A stretch of DNA of 64,000 nt from a virus (IMGVR_UViG_3300037455_000221:1-64000); one strand, 5' to 3'. Counted from the stretch's first letter, positions 9,032 to 17,513 are shown. Numbers and translations: made by a program. Notes: a model not told the origin generated them from the sequence alone.

Positions 9032-9739
9032 TTATCTCAGTGCTTCAGCCACCATGCCGCTCCTAGTGTAGCACTGACGGCAGCGGTTACAAGAACCAGG
9101 GCCGCACTGACAAGGAATCTGATCCGGCGCCTCAACTCCCTTCTCATACACAGTGAAGATTGTGTCGATGAAGGAGAACGTCTTCCTTATATCAGCTGCC
9201 TTATTTACCATAGGGCTGCTGTAGACAATCTTGAGGTTGTCCGGCTTTCCCTCTTCCTTTACTGCAATCTGCCACACCATAGGACGCTTAGTCCATGCAG
9301 CAAACTTCACTGTCGGGTTTGCTTTGGCTATGCGGATGTAGTTTCTAGCATGAGTCACATTGATGACATCACCATGAGATTCAAAGCGGAATATCTCTTG
9401 CTTAGATAAGTTCGGTACAATGTTAAGTAATGCACCGCTCAGAGCGTTTCCGTTTCTCTCAAGACAAGTGCGCTGATTCGGGTAGACTCCAGACTCGACC
9501 TGCTTATAGGCGTAGCAGTGAGAGCAGACAGTCTCCTTATTCTGCATCATCGTCAGGCAGCTTTCGTTCTGTCCGGCATAGGATGAGATTGCTCTCACCT
9601 TATCCATCTTACCGGTGAGGTGACTGATGTGAATACCGGTCTCCCTTTCAAACTGAGCAATTGATACAACCTTAACTTCCATAACGTTACCCTCCTTGTT
9701 GGTGTTAACAGTTACAACATTATTCTTCTTCATAAGCAT
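9032..9739 (-). CDS. GP88-like (Fe-S, radical-SAM-related) protein
   Basis: C-x9-CSHCYA, FRFESHGD, AWTK and C-terminal C..C..C..C. Confidence 0.7.
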   Translation of the reverse strand: MLMKKNNVVTVNTNKEGNVMEVKVVSIAQFERETGIHISHLTGKMDKVRAISSYAGQNESCLTMMQNKETVCSHCYAYKQVESGVYPNQRTCLERNGNALSGALLNIVPNLSKQEIFRFESHGDVINVTHARNYIRIAKANPTVKFAAWTKRPMVWQIAVKEEGKPDNLKIVYSSPMVNKAADIRKTFSFIDTIFTVYEKGVEAPDQIPCQCGPGSCNRCRQCYTRSGMVAEALR

Positions 9740-9746
9740 TCTCCTT

Positions 9747-10157
9747 TTAAATTGAGTATCTCTTAGTTCTCATGTCAAATTCAGACTTAGGGTCGCAACC
9801 CCTTATTGTGCGTGTTTTCCCCTTCCTTTCTCCATCATAATCACTCACCCAACAGATAGTGCTACCATACATATTATCTGTCAGATGGATAAGTCCGCAG
9901 ATATGCTCTTCTTCACGTTCGAGGTCTTCATAAATAATTTCATAGCAACCATTATTGCCAATGCCGGTTGTATTCATGTCCTTTCCAAACTTGATATTGG
10001 GCACTCTTGCAAAAATATATTTCTTAATTAGATACCCCTCGGAACGATATGTTCCATAACTATACTCACTTACCTTATCTGCCGGGATCTTAAAAAGTAC
10101 GTCTGTGATTGCCTTCTTTACTTCTTCATAATGTGCATCATCAATTACTCTTCTCAT
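9747..10157 (-). CDS. hypothetical protein
   Basis: AAAAGGAG RBS before ATG 10157. Confidence 0.7.
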   Translation of the reverse strand: MRRVIDDAHYEEVKKAITDVLFKIPADKVSEYSYGTYRSEGYLIKKYIFARVPNIKFGKDMNTTGIGNNGCYEIIYEDLEREEEHICGLIHLTDNMYGSTICWVSDYDGERKGKTRTIRGCDPKSEFDMRTKRYSI

Positions 10158-10269
10158 TTGTTTTCTCCTTTTCAGTCTTATCAATTTGTTCTGCTAACCA
10201 TCCAAGCTGCTGTCTGGATGGCTTCTTACGTTTCTTGGGTTTCTTTGGTTCATACGGAACAAAAGTCAT
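10141..10269 (-). CDS. small basic protein (42 aa, MTFVPYEPKKPKKRKK...)
   Basis: GAAAGGAG RBS directly after a hairpin; below track cutoff. Confidence 0.5.
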   Translation of the reverse strand: MTFVPYEPKKPKKRKKPSRQQLGWLAEQIDKTEKEKTNEKSN

Positions 10270-10331
10270 AACCCGTTCTCCTTTCTAATCTAAAAGGGAC
10301 GGAATGGTTACCGTCCCTTTTAAGTTCATCA

Positions 10332-11336
10332 TCAAGCAGTAAGGAGCTCGACTACCTTATCTGCAAGCATAGGCTTTTCAATAAGATTGATAAGTCTGTT
10401 CTCCTTGTAGCCTTCAGGGTGTCTCGCGGGCTCTGCGTGAGACTCCCAATCTGTTATTGCATGGATCAGACGAAGTCCATTCATGTTTTCGTTCTGCAGA
10501 TCCGGAGCATTATAGAGAATATTGATGAGCTGATTTCTCTTCTCTATCTGTGTACGCTTGGTTCTGTCTGTAGCGTCCTCAGCGTAGGGGAAGAGTCCAT
10601 CAATAATCTGTCCCATTTCAGCACGAGTGAGGCTTATGTTTCTCAGTTCGTCCATAGTGTGCTGAAGTCCGTCGAAGTACTGAGATGCACCGGCCATAAC
10701 TTGCTGAGCCTCAAACATCTTTCCCTCAACATCACCTCTGTGCTGTATACTTACCTTATAAGTTGAGTGCTTACTTACAAGGTGAGCCATGTTGCAGCAG
10801 AAGGCTCTGATAGTTGTGAAGGCGGCAAACAGACTCTGCTTTCCGTTATTGCCGTTCATTAAAAACATATAAAGGTCGTGAGGGTCACCACCATAGGATC
10901 TTGAAGGCAGTTTCATTAAGAACCAAACCTTCTCACCTTCCTTATAGCAGCCTACCTTTTCAAAGGTGGCTCCCTGTTCTCTGAGGATATCAGCGAACGA
11001 GAAGGCGTCTGCATTCTGCACCGGCTTATATCTGTCCTTGGTGATACCAAATACCTTGCCGGTATCGCTGCGGACAATTGCCTTATAGCCGGGTGTGACC
11101 TGACCACCTACACTTACCTCAGCAAGGCCAAGGCTCCAAGGAAGATATCTGTTGACGATATCTGCTGCAGATGCATATCTCTTCTCTTCCTCAGTGACAT
11201 CAAAACCAATGCCGGAGAAGGGAAGAGTTCTGCTCTCGAAGGGATTGATGTGCTCCTTCGGGATAGAGGTGATAATTTCGGACTGTGCAGTTACGTTAGG
11301 GGTTATGAAAGAACTAAAGTTGATAATCTGTGACAT
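10332..11336 (-). CDS. DUF932 family protein
   Basis: AIVRSDTGKVFG...YKPVQNADAF, G..VW, T.IR..C.N motifs typical of DUF932. Confidence 0.85.
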   Translation of the reverse strand: MSQIINFSSFITPNVTAQSEIITSIPKEHINPFESRTLPFSGIGFDVTEEEKRYASAADIVNRYLPWSLGLAEVSVGGQVTPGYKAIVRSDTGKVFGITKDRYKPVQNADAFSFADILREQGATFEKVGCYKEGEKVWFLMKLPSRSYGGDPHDLYMFLMNGNNGKQSLFAAFTTIRAFCCNMAHLVSKHSTYKVSIQHRGDVEGKMFEAQQVMAGASQYFDGLQHTMDELRNISLTRAEMGQIIDGLFPYAEDATDRTKRTQIEKRNQLINILYNAPDLQNENMNGLRLIHAITDWESHAEPARHPEGYKENRLINLIEKPMLADKVVELLTA

Positions 11337-11353
11337 AAGCTTCTCCTTTTAAA

Positions 11354-11548
11354 TTAGTTGATTGTTAAGTTATGGCTTTTGATGAGACGTCTCATCACCA
11401 TTGGGTTTAAGTTCTTGTTAACAGTAATACTATCCTTGTGCTCCTCGTTGTACCATATAGTATGGTCACCGGCATGCCGTGCGATTACATATCCGTTTTT
11501 CTTTAGGATACATGCGAACTCACGGTCATTTAGAACTGCGTACTTCAA
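11354..11548 (-). CDS. second HicA-like protein (orphan)
   Basis: REFACILKKNGYVIARHAGDHTIW; TTG start with GGAGG RBS. Confidence 0.65.
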   Translation of the reverse strand: MKYAVLNDREFACILKKNGYVIARHAGDHTIWYNEEHKDSITVNKNLNPMVMRRLIKSHNLTIN

Positions 11549-11602
11549 AATTCCCTCCTTTCTTTTAATCAGAGGGGAGATTACTCTCCCCTCATTATTG
11601 AG

Positions 11603-12514
11603 TTAGATAGACTTGAGACCATTTTCCTTAGTGTAGATGTAGGCATGGTCGCTAAGAATTTCCTTAGGATCAAGGCAAGTATCGTTAACCTGATTGACCA
11701 TGCCATTGAACTCATCGCCGTTCATCATTTCCGGAGTTGCCTTGACAATAATTACCTCGTGGATACTTGAGGGAAGGATGATGAAGTCGCTATCGAGTGT
11801 ACCGGCTATGAAGTCCATAGTTGCCTTATCGAGAATGGCAGCCGCTCCGTTTACTCCGCTCTGATTGGTGAGTACGTAGGTGGTGCCGTCATCGGGAGGC
11901 AGCATGTCATACATTTCCTCGTCAACCATTCCCTTCATGACGTCATACATGGACTTGAACACGATAGGACTCTTAGCAAGATTTTCCATTGCTATCTCGT
12001 CAAGTTCCTCTAAGGTGAGGTTGTAACTCTTAAGAAGTCCATCGGTAACAGGCATAGTCATCTGTCCGTCATCGTTCTCACCAAGGTTGACGATATACAT
12101 TACTGCAAGGTCTTCAACTACCTTGTGAGGCTTGCCGGTAAGGTACTGTTCGTTAAGTTTCTTACAGATAACCTTGCAAGTTATCTTATCCCTTACCTTA
12201 TCGAGATTAGTGAGGTCATCAGTGTTGATATCCGGAGCATCGTTCTTGACACGAGCCTCACAGATCTCATCAATGAGGGTATCCATATCCTCACCTTTGA
12301 GGTATCTATCAAAGAAACTCTCAAGGTAGATGTTGGGGGCGATGTTGCTGCCTTCCTTGCGGATGACAAGTCCTACCCACTTGATGTCATTTCCTTTGGT
12401 AACTTCCTGGATATCAACAGAAGATACCTTGATGTTATTCGGGAAGAAGTTGTCTGCCTGTGCCTTAATGGTTTCTGCTACTGCTGATGCAAAAGAATTG
12501 ATGTTAGTATACAT
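11603..12514 (-). CDS. DUF5688 family protein
   Basis: V.K.N...GL, P.IYLE, YVLTN...NGAA, FIILPSSIHEVI motifs. Confidence 0.85.
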   Translation of the reverse strand: MYTNINSFASAVAETIKAQADNFFPNNIKVSSVDIQEVTKGNDIKWVGLVIRKEGSNIAPNIYLESFFDRYLKGEDMDTLIDEICEARVKNDAPDINTDDLTNLDKVRDKITCKVICKKLNEQYLTGKPHKVVEDLAVMYIVNLGENDDGQMTMPVTDGLLKSYNLTLEELDEIAMENLAKSPIVFKSMYDVMKGMVDEEMYDMLPPDDGTTYVLTNQSGVNGAAAILDKATMDFIAGTLDSDFIILPSSIHEVIIVKATPEMMNGDEFNGMVNQVNDTCLDPKEILSDHAYIYTKENGLKSI

Positions 12515-12554
12515 AATGTTATCTCCTTTAAATTAATTGTTAGTTTGTCATGTC

Positions 12555-12593
12555 CCATATTCAGTTGTAAGTGTTCCATATTCAATTGTAAGT
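12555..12593. repeat. tandem 18-bp direct repeat with 21-bp period
   Basis: ccatattcagttgtaagt (12555-12572) and ccatattcaattgtaagt (12576-12593). Confidence 0.8.
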
Positions 12594-12597
12594 TGTG

Positions 12598-12621
12598 TTA
12601 CGGCCGTGCTCTAATCCTCAT
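12598..12621 (-). CDS. micro-ORF MRIRARP
   Basis: GGAAGGGAG RBS; ends immediately before the tandem repeat. Confidence 0.35.
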   Translation of the reverse strand: MRIRARP

Positions 12622-12641
12622 GTGCTCTCCCTTCCTATTGG

Positions 12642-13223
12642 TTACGCTGCCTCAAATTCGTTGGTTTCGAAATTGTAGACATATGCTTTATTAGATAACT
12701 GCTCTTCGGGAGCGACTTGCTCCGTGTTGACTGTATTGATTATGCCGTTCAATCCGTCAACATTTGCATCCTCATTATTAGGTACAAGTATGACTTCGTG
12801 GATTGATGAGGGAAGGATGATGAAGTTTCCAATCATTTCCCTTGCAGCCTTCATTACATCGGGCGAAAGAATGACTCCGGCTCCAAGGATGCCGCATCCG
12901 GAAGTAACTACATACATCATTTCTTTGCCCTCCTCAGATAAAGGCGGCAGCATTTCTTCGGGGCATCCTAAGTCTGCGAGTATCTCTCTCATTCCCTTAA
13001 TCTTGTAGTCATTTGCAAGGTTGTATCTTGCCTCATTCATGACATCCCTTACACACATGCCCCATGACTCAATGGTGTCAAGAGTGAGCGGCACATTGTC
13101 AACATAGAGGGCTGCGACCATTTGGTCTGCAATAGGGACTACTGCGGAACCGTCATTCGGGATGTTAGCTATGTTGTAAAGTCTTGCGGTGATGTCACAT
13201 CTAACTTCTGAAAATCTCTTCAT
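12642..13223 (-). CDS. DUF5688 family paralog (C-terminal domain only)
   Basis: Shares FIILPSSIHEVI and VN......E.LS..AY.Y with 11603-12514. Confidence 0.8.
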   Translation of the reverse strand: MKRFSEVRCDITARLYNIANIPNDGSAVVPIADQMVAALYVDNVPLTLDTIESWGMCVRDVMNEARYNLANDYKIKGMREILADLGCPEEMLPPLSEEGKEMMYVVTSGCGILGAGVILSPDVMKAAREMIGNFIILPSSIHEVILVPNNEDANVDGLNGIINTVNTEQVAPEEQLSNKAYVYNFETNEFEAA

Positions 13224-13263
13224 AATCTGTTCTCCTTTTAATTTAAGTTTGTTGGTTGTGTGA

Positions 13264-13479
13264 TTACGCTGCTGCTCTTGCCTTTCTCAAGAGGTTGCGT
13301 ATCTCTGTGCTGTTCTGTGCTGCCTTGAGTGCATTAATAAGTGCATCATCATATCCGGGCTCTCCGTACATCTGAAAATCTCTTGCTGCCTTAATTGCCA
13401 TTTTCTGCTCTCTCTTAAATTCCGGATCTGTTGCTATTGCTCTCTGTGAACTAATGTTTCTAACTCTGTGCTGTGCCAT
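13264..13479 (-). CDS. hypothetical protein
   Basis: RBS after hairpin. Confidence 0.7.
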   Translation of the reverse strand: MAQHRVRNISSQRAIATDPEFKREQKMAIKAARDFQMYGEPGYDDALINALKAAQNSTEIRNLLRKARAAA

Positions 13480-13536
13480 AATTTATTCTCCCTTTCTTTA
13501 ATCAGAGGGCGGATGTGCCGCCCTCTTGTTTTTGTG

Positions 13537-14007
13537 TCAACCTATCAGTTCAAGTCCTTCAAGCGGGATGGTGATAAGTCCGGATGCCTTACTCTCTCTC
13601 TTGCTCGGCTGCATGAGTTCGAGTGCTTCTTCCTTGCTAATCGGTCTGCCATTGAGGAAGTACTGTGACTCTGCCTTCTGATTAGAGTTATTACTCGGAT
13701 AAACTTCCAAGTACAGTCTACCATTGTACTTGTTCCGAGCAATTCCCTTGCATGAGCACTCCACCCTTTCAAGGTGGTTGCCGGTGTGCTCATGTTTCTC
13801 ATACTCTTTGGTGTTCTGATACTCAATGTCGGCTCTGCCAATCATCTTAGTTCTCTTAGTGAGAACAACGCCGGACTTCTTGGCTGCTGCATTCAACTTG
13901 TAGTTCTGCTCTGAAGTCCATTGAATGCAAGAGTAGTGGCCGTTTAACTTTGCAGCCACTTCAATTTTTTCGGGAACGCTCATGAAAGATACATTTGTAA
14001 TAGCCAT
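13537..14007 (-). CDS. hypothetical protein
   Basis: AAAGGAG RBS. Confidence 0.75.
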   Translation of the reverse strand: MAITNVSFMSVPEKIEVAAKLNGHYSCIQWTSEQNYKLNAAAKKSGVVLTKRTKMIGRADIEYQNTKEYEKHEHTGNHLERVECSCKGIARNKYNGRLYLEVYPSNNSNQKAESQYFLNGRPISKEEALELMQPSKRESKASGLITIPLEGLELIG

Positions 14008-14063
14008 AATTTAATCTCCTTTACAATGTTAACTTGGTTACAAACTTACGACCTGACACTATA

Positions 14064-14246
14064 TTACATTCTCCTTTCGTTTTGTGTCAAGTACCAAACT
14101 ATAAGGCTGATGATTAGCGGAACTAATGTTATTACACAGATATTGAGGCAAGTATAACCTTCACTATCCAGCCCTGTTCCAAAGAACAGAATCAGAAGGA
14201 TGCAAACTGTCATCGCTCCTTCGCTTAGATCATGGATAATCTTCAT
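14064..14246 (-). CDS. small two-TM membrane protein
   Basis: Two hydrophobic segments. Confidence 0.65.
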   Translation of the reverse strand: MKIIHDLSEGAMTVCILLILFFGTGLDSEGYTCLNICVITLVPLIISLIVWYLTQNERRM

Positions 14247-14425
14247 TCTTCATCCTCTCTTTCTCTTTCTACAAACTCATTTCCGTTACAAGTAGGAATG
14301 CCGTTACATTCATCATAATACTCACACCGCTCACATAATGTCTCGTCCTTTGCGGCATCGTGACAGCCGTCGCAGTTGGGTTCCGGCACATAACCGAAAT
14401 TATTTCTTCTGTGTCCTATCATCAT
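14243..14425 (-). CDS. small Cys-rich (Zn-binding) protein
   Basis: CDGC...CERC...C...C. Confidence 0.6.
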   Translation of the reverse strand: MMIGHRRNNFGYVPEPNCDGCHDAAKDETLCERCEYYDECNGIPTCNGNEFVEREREDEE

Positions 14426-14679
14426 TCATCACACTCCTTTCTTTCAATCTCTCCACAGATGATGAGGAAGTCTCTCAACTTACCTCTATCCTCAAGGACT
14501 CTTTCGAGTCCAATAGAACCTACCAACTTGATAGCCTTGTCGTAGGGCAGATTAAGAATGCTGTTGTATACAGCATATACTAACTTCACCTCATCAATGT
14601 TCATTGCCAACTTAACATTATTCATACTGCACATACCTCCTTCTTGATTGTGTAGATTGAGCCGGAACTGCCGACCCAC
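14422..14679 (-). CDS. hypothetical protein
   Basis: Coupled ORF; true start probably about 14625. Confidence 0.55.
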   Translation of the reverse strand: MGRQFRLNLHNQEGGMCSMNNVKLAMNIDEVKLVYAVYNSILNLPYDKAIKLVGSIGLERVLEDRGKLRDFLIICGEIERKECDE

Positions 14680-14855
14680 TTATTATTACCGACATAACGT
14701 GTGTGCTCAGGGTCAAGGAAACTCTGAGCCTGCCACATGCTGTCGAAAGTACCGAACTTAGTGGTCTTATTAGAGTACGGTCTTGTGATATAGAGTGAAT
14801 ACTTCTCTACAAATAACTGCTGAATAGTTGCTCTGATAACTATATGCTTAATCAT
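14622..14855 (-). CDS. hypothetical protein
   Basis: AGGAGGT RBS. Confidence 0.65.
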   Translation of the reverse strand: MIKHIVIRATIQQLFVEKYSLYITRPYSNKTTKFGTFDSMWQAQSFLDPEHTRYVGNNKWVGSSGSIYTIKKEVCAV

Positions 14856-14957
14856 GATTACCTCCTGTTAACCTCTTGCCGCTTTCAGCACGGGTCAGAT
14901 TGATACAACCGTTGCCGTGCCTACTCACGGATTGCGTCAGAGTGTTGTTGTGTCAAT

Positions 14958-15113
14958 TTAATTGATGGGCTTAACCTTAATCTCACGGTAGTCGCCTCTG
15001 AAGGTGCGATATACACCTTCACGCTTAATCCGCTGAGCATCTTCAAGTGTTACCGTTGCAAGTAACACCCTCTTAGCCTTGGAACCTTCAAGTCTACCAT
15101 AAATCTTAGCCAT
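14958..15113 (-). CDS. small basic protein
   Basis: GAAAGGAG RBS before ATG 15113. Confidence 0.6.
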   Translation of the reverse strand: MAKIYGRLEGSKAKRVLLATVTLEDAQRIKREGVYRTFRGDYREIKVKPIN

Positions 15114-15129
15114 AATCTTACTCCTTTCA

Positions 15130-15420
15130 TTAGAAATTAAACTCAAGTGCATCAAGGTCAAAAGGAATGTCTCCCCAAGACCACATGCAAGTTTCTCTGT
15201 TAATCTGCTGCCCGCCAATAAGGTTTAAAGTTCTTGCGTCATAGATCCGGAACTCTGAGGGAAGTACTGCGTTATCATATTCGGTGATGATAATGCCGGA
15301 CTTGTAGTCAATGTCGATTAAATACTGTGCTTCGTCGTACTCAGCGCCTCTCATGCAAGAGAACTCATCTGCTTCGTAGATGATACCCTTCTGCTTTAAT
15401 ACCTTCTCAAGTCTGTTCAT
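15130..15420 (-). CDS. hypothetical protein
   Basis: AAAGGAG RBS. Confidence 0.7.
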   Translation of the reverse strand: MNRLEKVLKQKGIIYEADEFSCMRGAEYDEAQYLIDIDYKSGIIITEYDNAVLPSEFRIYDARTLNLIGGQQINRETCMWSWGDIPFDLDALEFNF

Positions 15421-15432
15421 AGTGTGCTCCTT

Positions 15433-15693
15433 TCAAATATCATATTCCATGCCAACTTTATTGTATGCTCTGCAAGAACTGTTATGTCCCTTCATAGTGT
15501 GGTTGTCGTAGTAGTTGTCGCAACCTTCTTGCCAATTGTGCTGTCCGTTTGCAAGTCCGCCATGTCTTCCACCCTGATCCCAGTGGCAGATATATGAGAA
15601 CTCTTCATCCTTGCACTTTTTCATAAACGCCTTGTTTTCAAGTCTGCGTCTTTCACGCTTTGTAAGATTAGGTCTGTCAATTATCATCTTCAT
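15433..15693 (-). CDS. hypothetical protein, first gene of the leftward array
   Basis: AGAGGTG RBS. Confidence 0.65.
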   Translation of the reverse strand: MKMIIDRPNLTKRERRRLENKAFMKKCKDEEFSYICHWDQGGRHGGLANGQHNWQEGCDNYYDNHTMKGHNSSCRAYNKVGMEYDI

Positions 15694-15731
15694 ATTGTCA
15701 CCTCTTTCAAGTGGTTGTTATTATCGGAAAA

Positions 15732-15794
15732 CCTACGGCACGGAATTGAACCGTTAGTACCTTTATCGTACCGAGTACCATTACTCGCCGTAGG
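15732..15794 (-). ncRNA. compact non-canonical tRNA-like cloverleaf
   Basis: Minus strand: CCTACGGC/GCCGTAGG closing stem, GAGTA-atgg-TACTC, GGTAC-gataaag-GTACT, T-arm ACGG-TTCAATT-CCGT. Confidence 0.6.
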
Positions 15795-16406
15795 GTGTTG
15801 CGGGGATTTGCACCCTCGATATACACACGCTTGTTTTTTCGTTGGTTTCGACAGGCACTTATCAACCGTTGGGCTGATTATCACGATGAACCTTTATACG
15901 TCCACCGTGTTCAGTTTCGGCGTCCTGTATACGCCTAACGCTACTCACAAACTTGCTTAAATCGTCCACATTCCGGTCGTGCTTTTTCCTACAAGGACGG
16001 CTACACCGTCGCTATATGTCACATCCCACGGTCGCATAAGTGCAGGAAATTCTTTACCGAGCATCACCGCCCGAACCTATACACCTTGCCAAAAATACGT
16101 GCCATGGTATAGCGAATATTCTATTGTCAAGGAACGGTGGACTACGTCTTTTAAAATCCTCTTCGGTTGTCTCCTTTCGGTGAGTCTAATGTATCAAACT
16201 GCGATTTTTGGGCAAAAATGGCTTAACCATGCGGAAAAGCGGGGGTATATTTTCGCGGCGAAAGCAGAGGCTGGATGCTGGACGCATATAGTGCTTTCAC
16301 TCACACACCCACGCCAGATCACCCCTCCCTGGCCCACTCACCTCTATGCACGCCGGCTCATTCGCACGCGCGCAGTGCTCACCTTCGGATCGCTGTGCGC
16401 AGTGTA

Positions 16407-16624
16407 TAACTTTAGGGGTCTAAAAGTGTACCTAACCTTATACACTATTATATTATATATATTCTATTAATATATATACTATACTGTACATGTATATATT
16501 ATATAATAGTAATAATATATATACTATGTATCTATATATATACTTATATATACTATACTAATAATATATATAATATAATCTTATAGTATATAAAGTTAGT
16601 ATCATTTTTTGCACCCTAACTTTA
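16407..16624. other. candidate replication origin
   Basis: Roughly 135-bp almost pure A/T core flanked by an imperfect 41-bp inverted repeat (30/41), at the coding-strand switch. Confidence 0.6.
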
Positions 16625-16625
16625 C

Positions 16626-16654
16626 TTGACACTAAAACATGCTCGTGGTAGTAT
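16626..16654 (+). promoter_or_regulatory. sigmaA promoter
   Basis: TTGACA-17-TAGTAT with extended TG. Confidence 0.7.
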
Positions 16655-16674
16655 GGTTGTGAAAGGGGATACGT

Positions 16675-17238
16675 ATGGGCAAAATAGTTGTTGATCGCGA
16701 CTTCCTGGAGGAGCCGCTAAGTGGGCTAGAGTTTGCCGCCTATCTGTCCGCCATGGATCTGTGCACGATATACCGCGAGGAGTATGTGCTGTGCGATGTG
16801 ACTGTGTACTATAATATGTGCGGCAAGTTTCCTAATAGGAAGCAAAAGGTGGAGCTGAATGAGGCACTGTATGGGCTAATGGAAAAAGGGTATATTGTGG
16901 GCGAGCTGATTGGCCGGGGCGTATATTTGGTAAAATGCAAACAATCGTTCTGGGTCAATCTGTCGACACTGCCCCATGGGGGTGCGCCACTAGAATTTGA
17001 GAGTGTGCGCAAGATTGTGGGGAGCGGGAAGAGCTGGCAAGATCTGTTGCGCTACTATTTAATGTTGGTGGCGCATATGCGTATGGGGGATAAGTGCGCG
17101 CTGAGTCGGCAATACTTTTCGAGCAAGACCGGCATAAGCCAGGTAACGCTGTCGAAGTATAATACGGCGCTGGTGGAGCTGGGGGTGCTGAAGATTACGC
17201 ATCGCAAAAATATGCCCAGTATTTACTTGACATTGTAA
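16675..17238 (+). CDS. putative winged-helix DNA-binding/replication initiator
   Basis: C-terminal SRQYFSSKTGISQVTLSKYNTALVELGVL resembles a wHTH; adjacent to the origin-like locus. Confidence 0.55.
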   Translation: MGKIVVDRDFLEEPLSGLEFAAYLSAMDLCTIYREEYVLCDVTVYYNMCGKFPNRKQKVELNEALYGLMEKGYIVGELIGRGVYLVKCKQSFWVNLSTLPHGGAPLEFESVRKIVGSGKSWQDLLRYYLMLVAHMRMGDKCALSRQYFSSKTGISQVTLSKYNTALVELGVLKITHRKNMPSIYLTL

Positions 17239-17255
17239 CATAATTGTGCTATAGT
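17227..17255 (+). promoter_or_regulatory. sigmaA promoter
   Basis: TTGACA-17-TATAGT, extended TG; same TTTACTTGACA context as 16621. Confidence 0.7.
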
Positions 17256-17303
17256 ACCCTTAGTGGGGTGATAGTACCCACTAAAATTATATTGGAGGAT
17301 AAT

Positions 17304-17513
17304 ATGAACAAACTAAAAGCTTTTTGGGCGCGACATGGGATTTTTGTGCTGGTCATGTTAATGATGGTGCTGTCGTGGATGAGTGGATTCATGTCGGGGC
17401 ACATTGACGAGCGCATGCGTAACTACGAGAAGCAGCTGCAGAGTAGGGAGTTAACCGATGAGCAAGTGCAGATCCTGATGGAACTGGCAGCAAGGGAGGC
17501 GGGAAATGAGTGA
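17304..17513 (+). CDS. small membrane protein
   Basis: GGAGG RBS; one TM helix. Confidence 0.7.
   Translation: MNKLKAFWARHGIFVLVMLMMVLSWMSGFMSGHIDERMRNYEKQLQSRELTDEQVQILMELAAREAGNE

Noticed and set aside
12555-12593. CRISPR mini-array
   Set aside because: Only two 18-bp units with a 3-bp gap; no spacers or cas genes anywhere in the window
15732-15794. Canonical tRNA-Leu(TAA)
   Set aside because: Anticodon loop lacks U33, there is no D-loop or linker geometry and no CCA; kept only as tRNA-like
15690-16470. Track ORFs 15690-15884 (-), 15715-15960 (+) and 15979-16470 (+)
   Set aside because: No RBS, atypical composition, and they overlap structured RNA and origin elements
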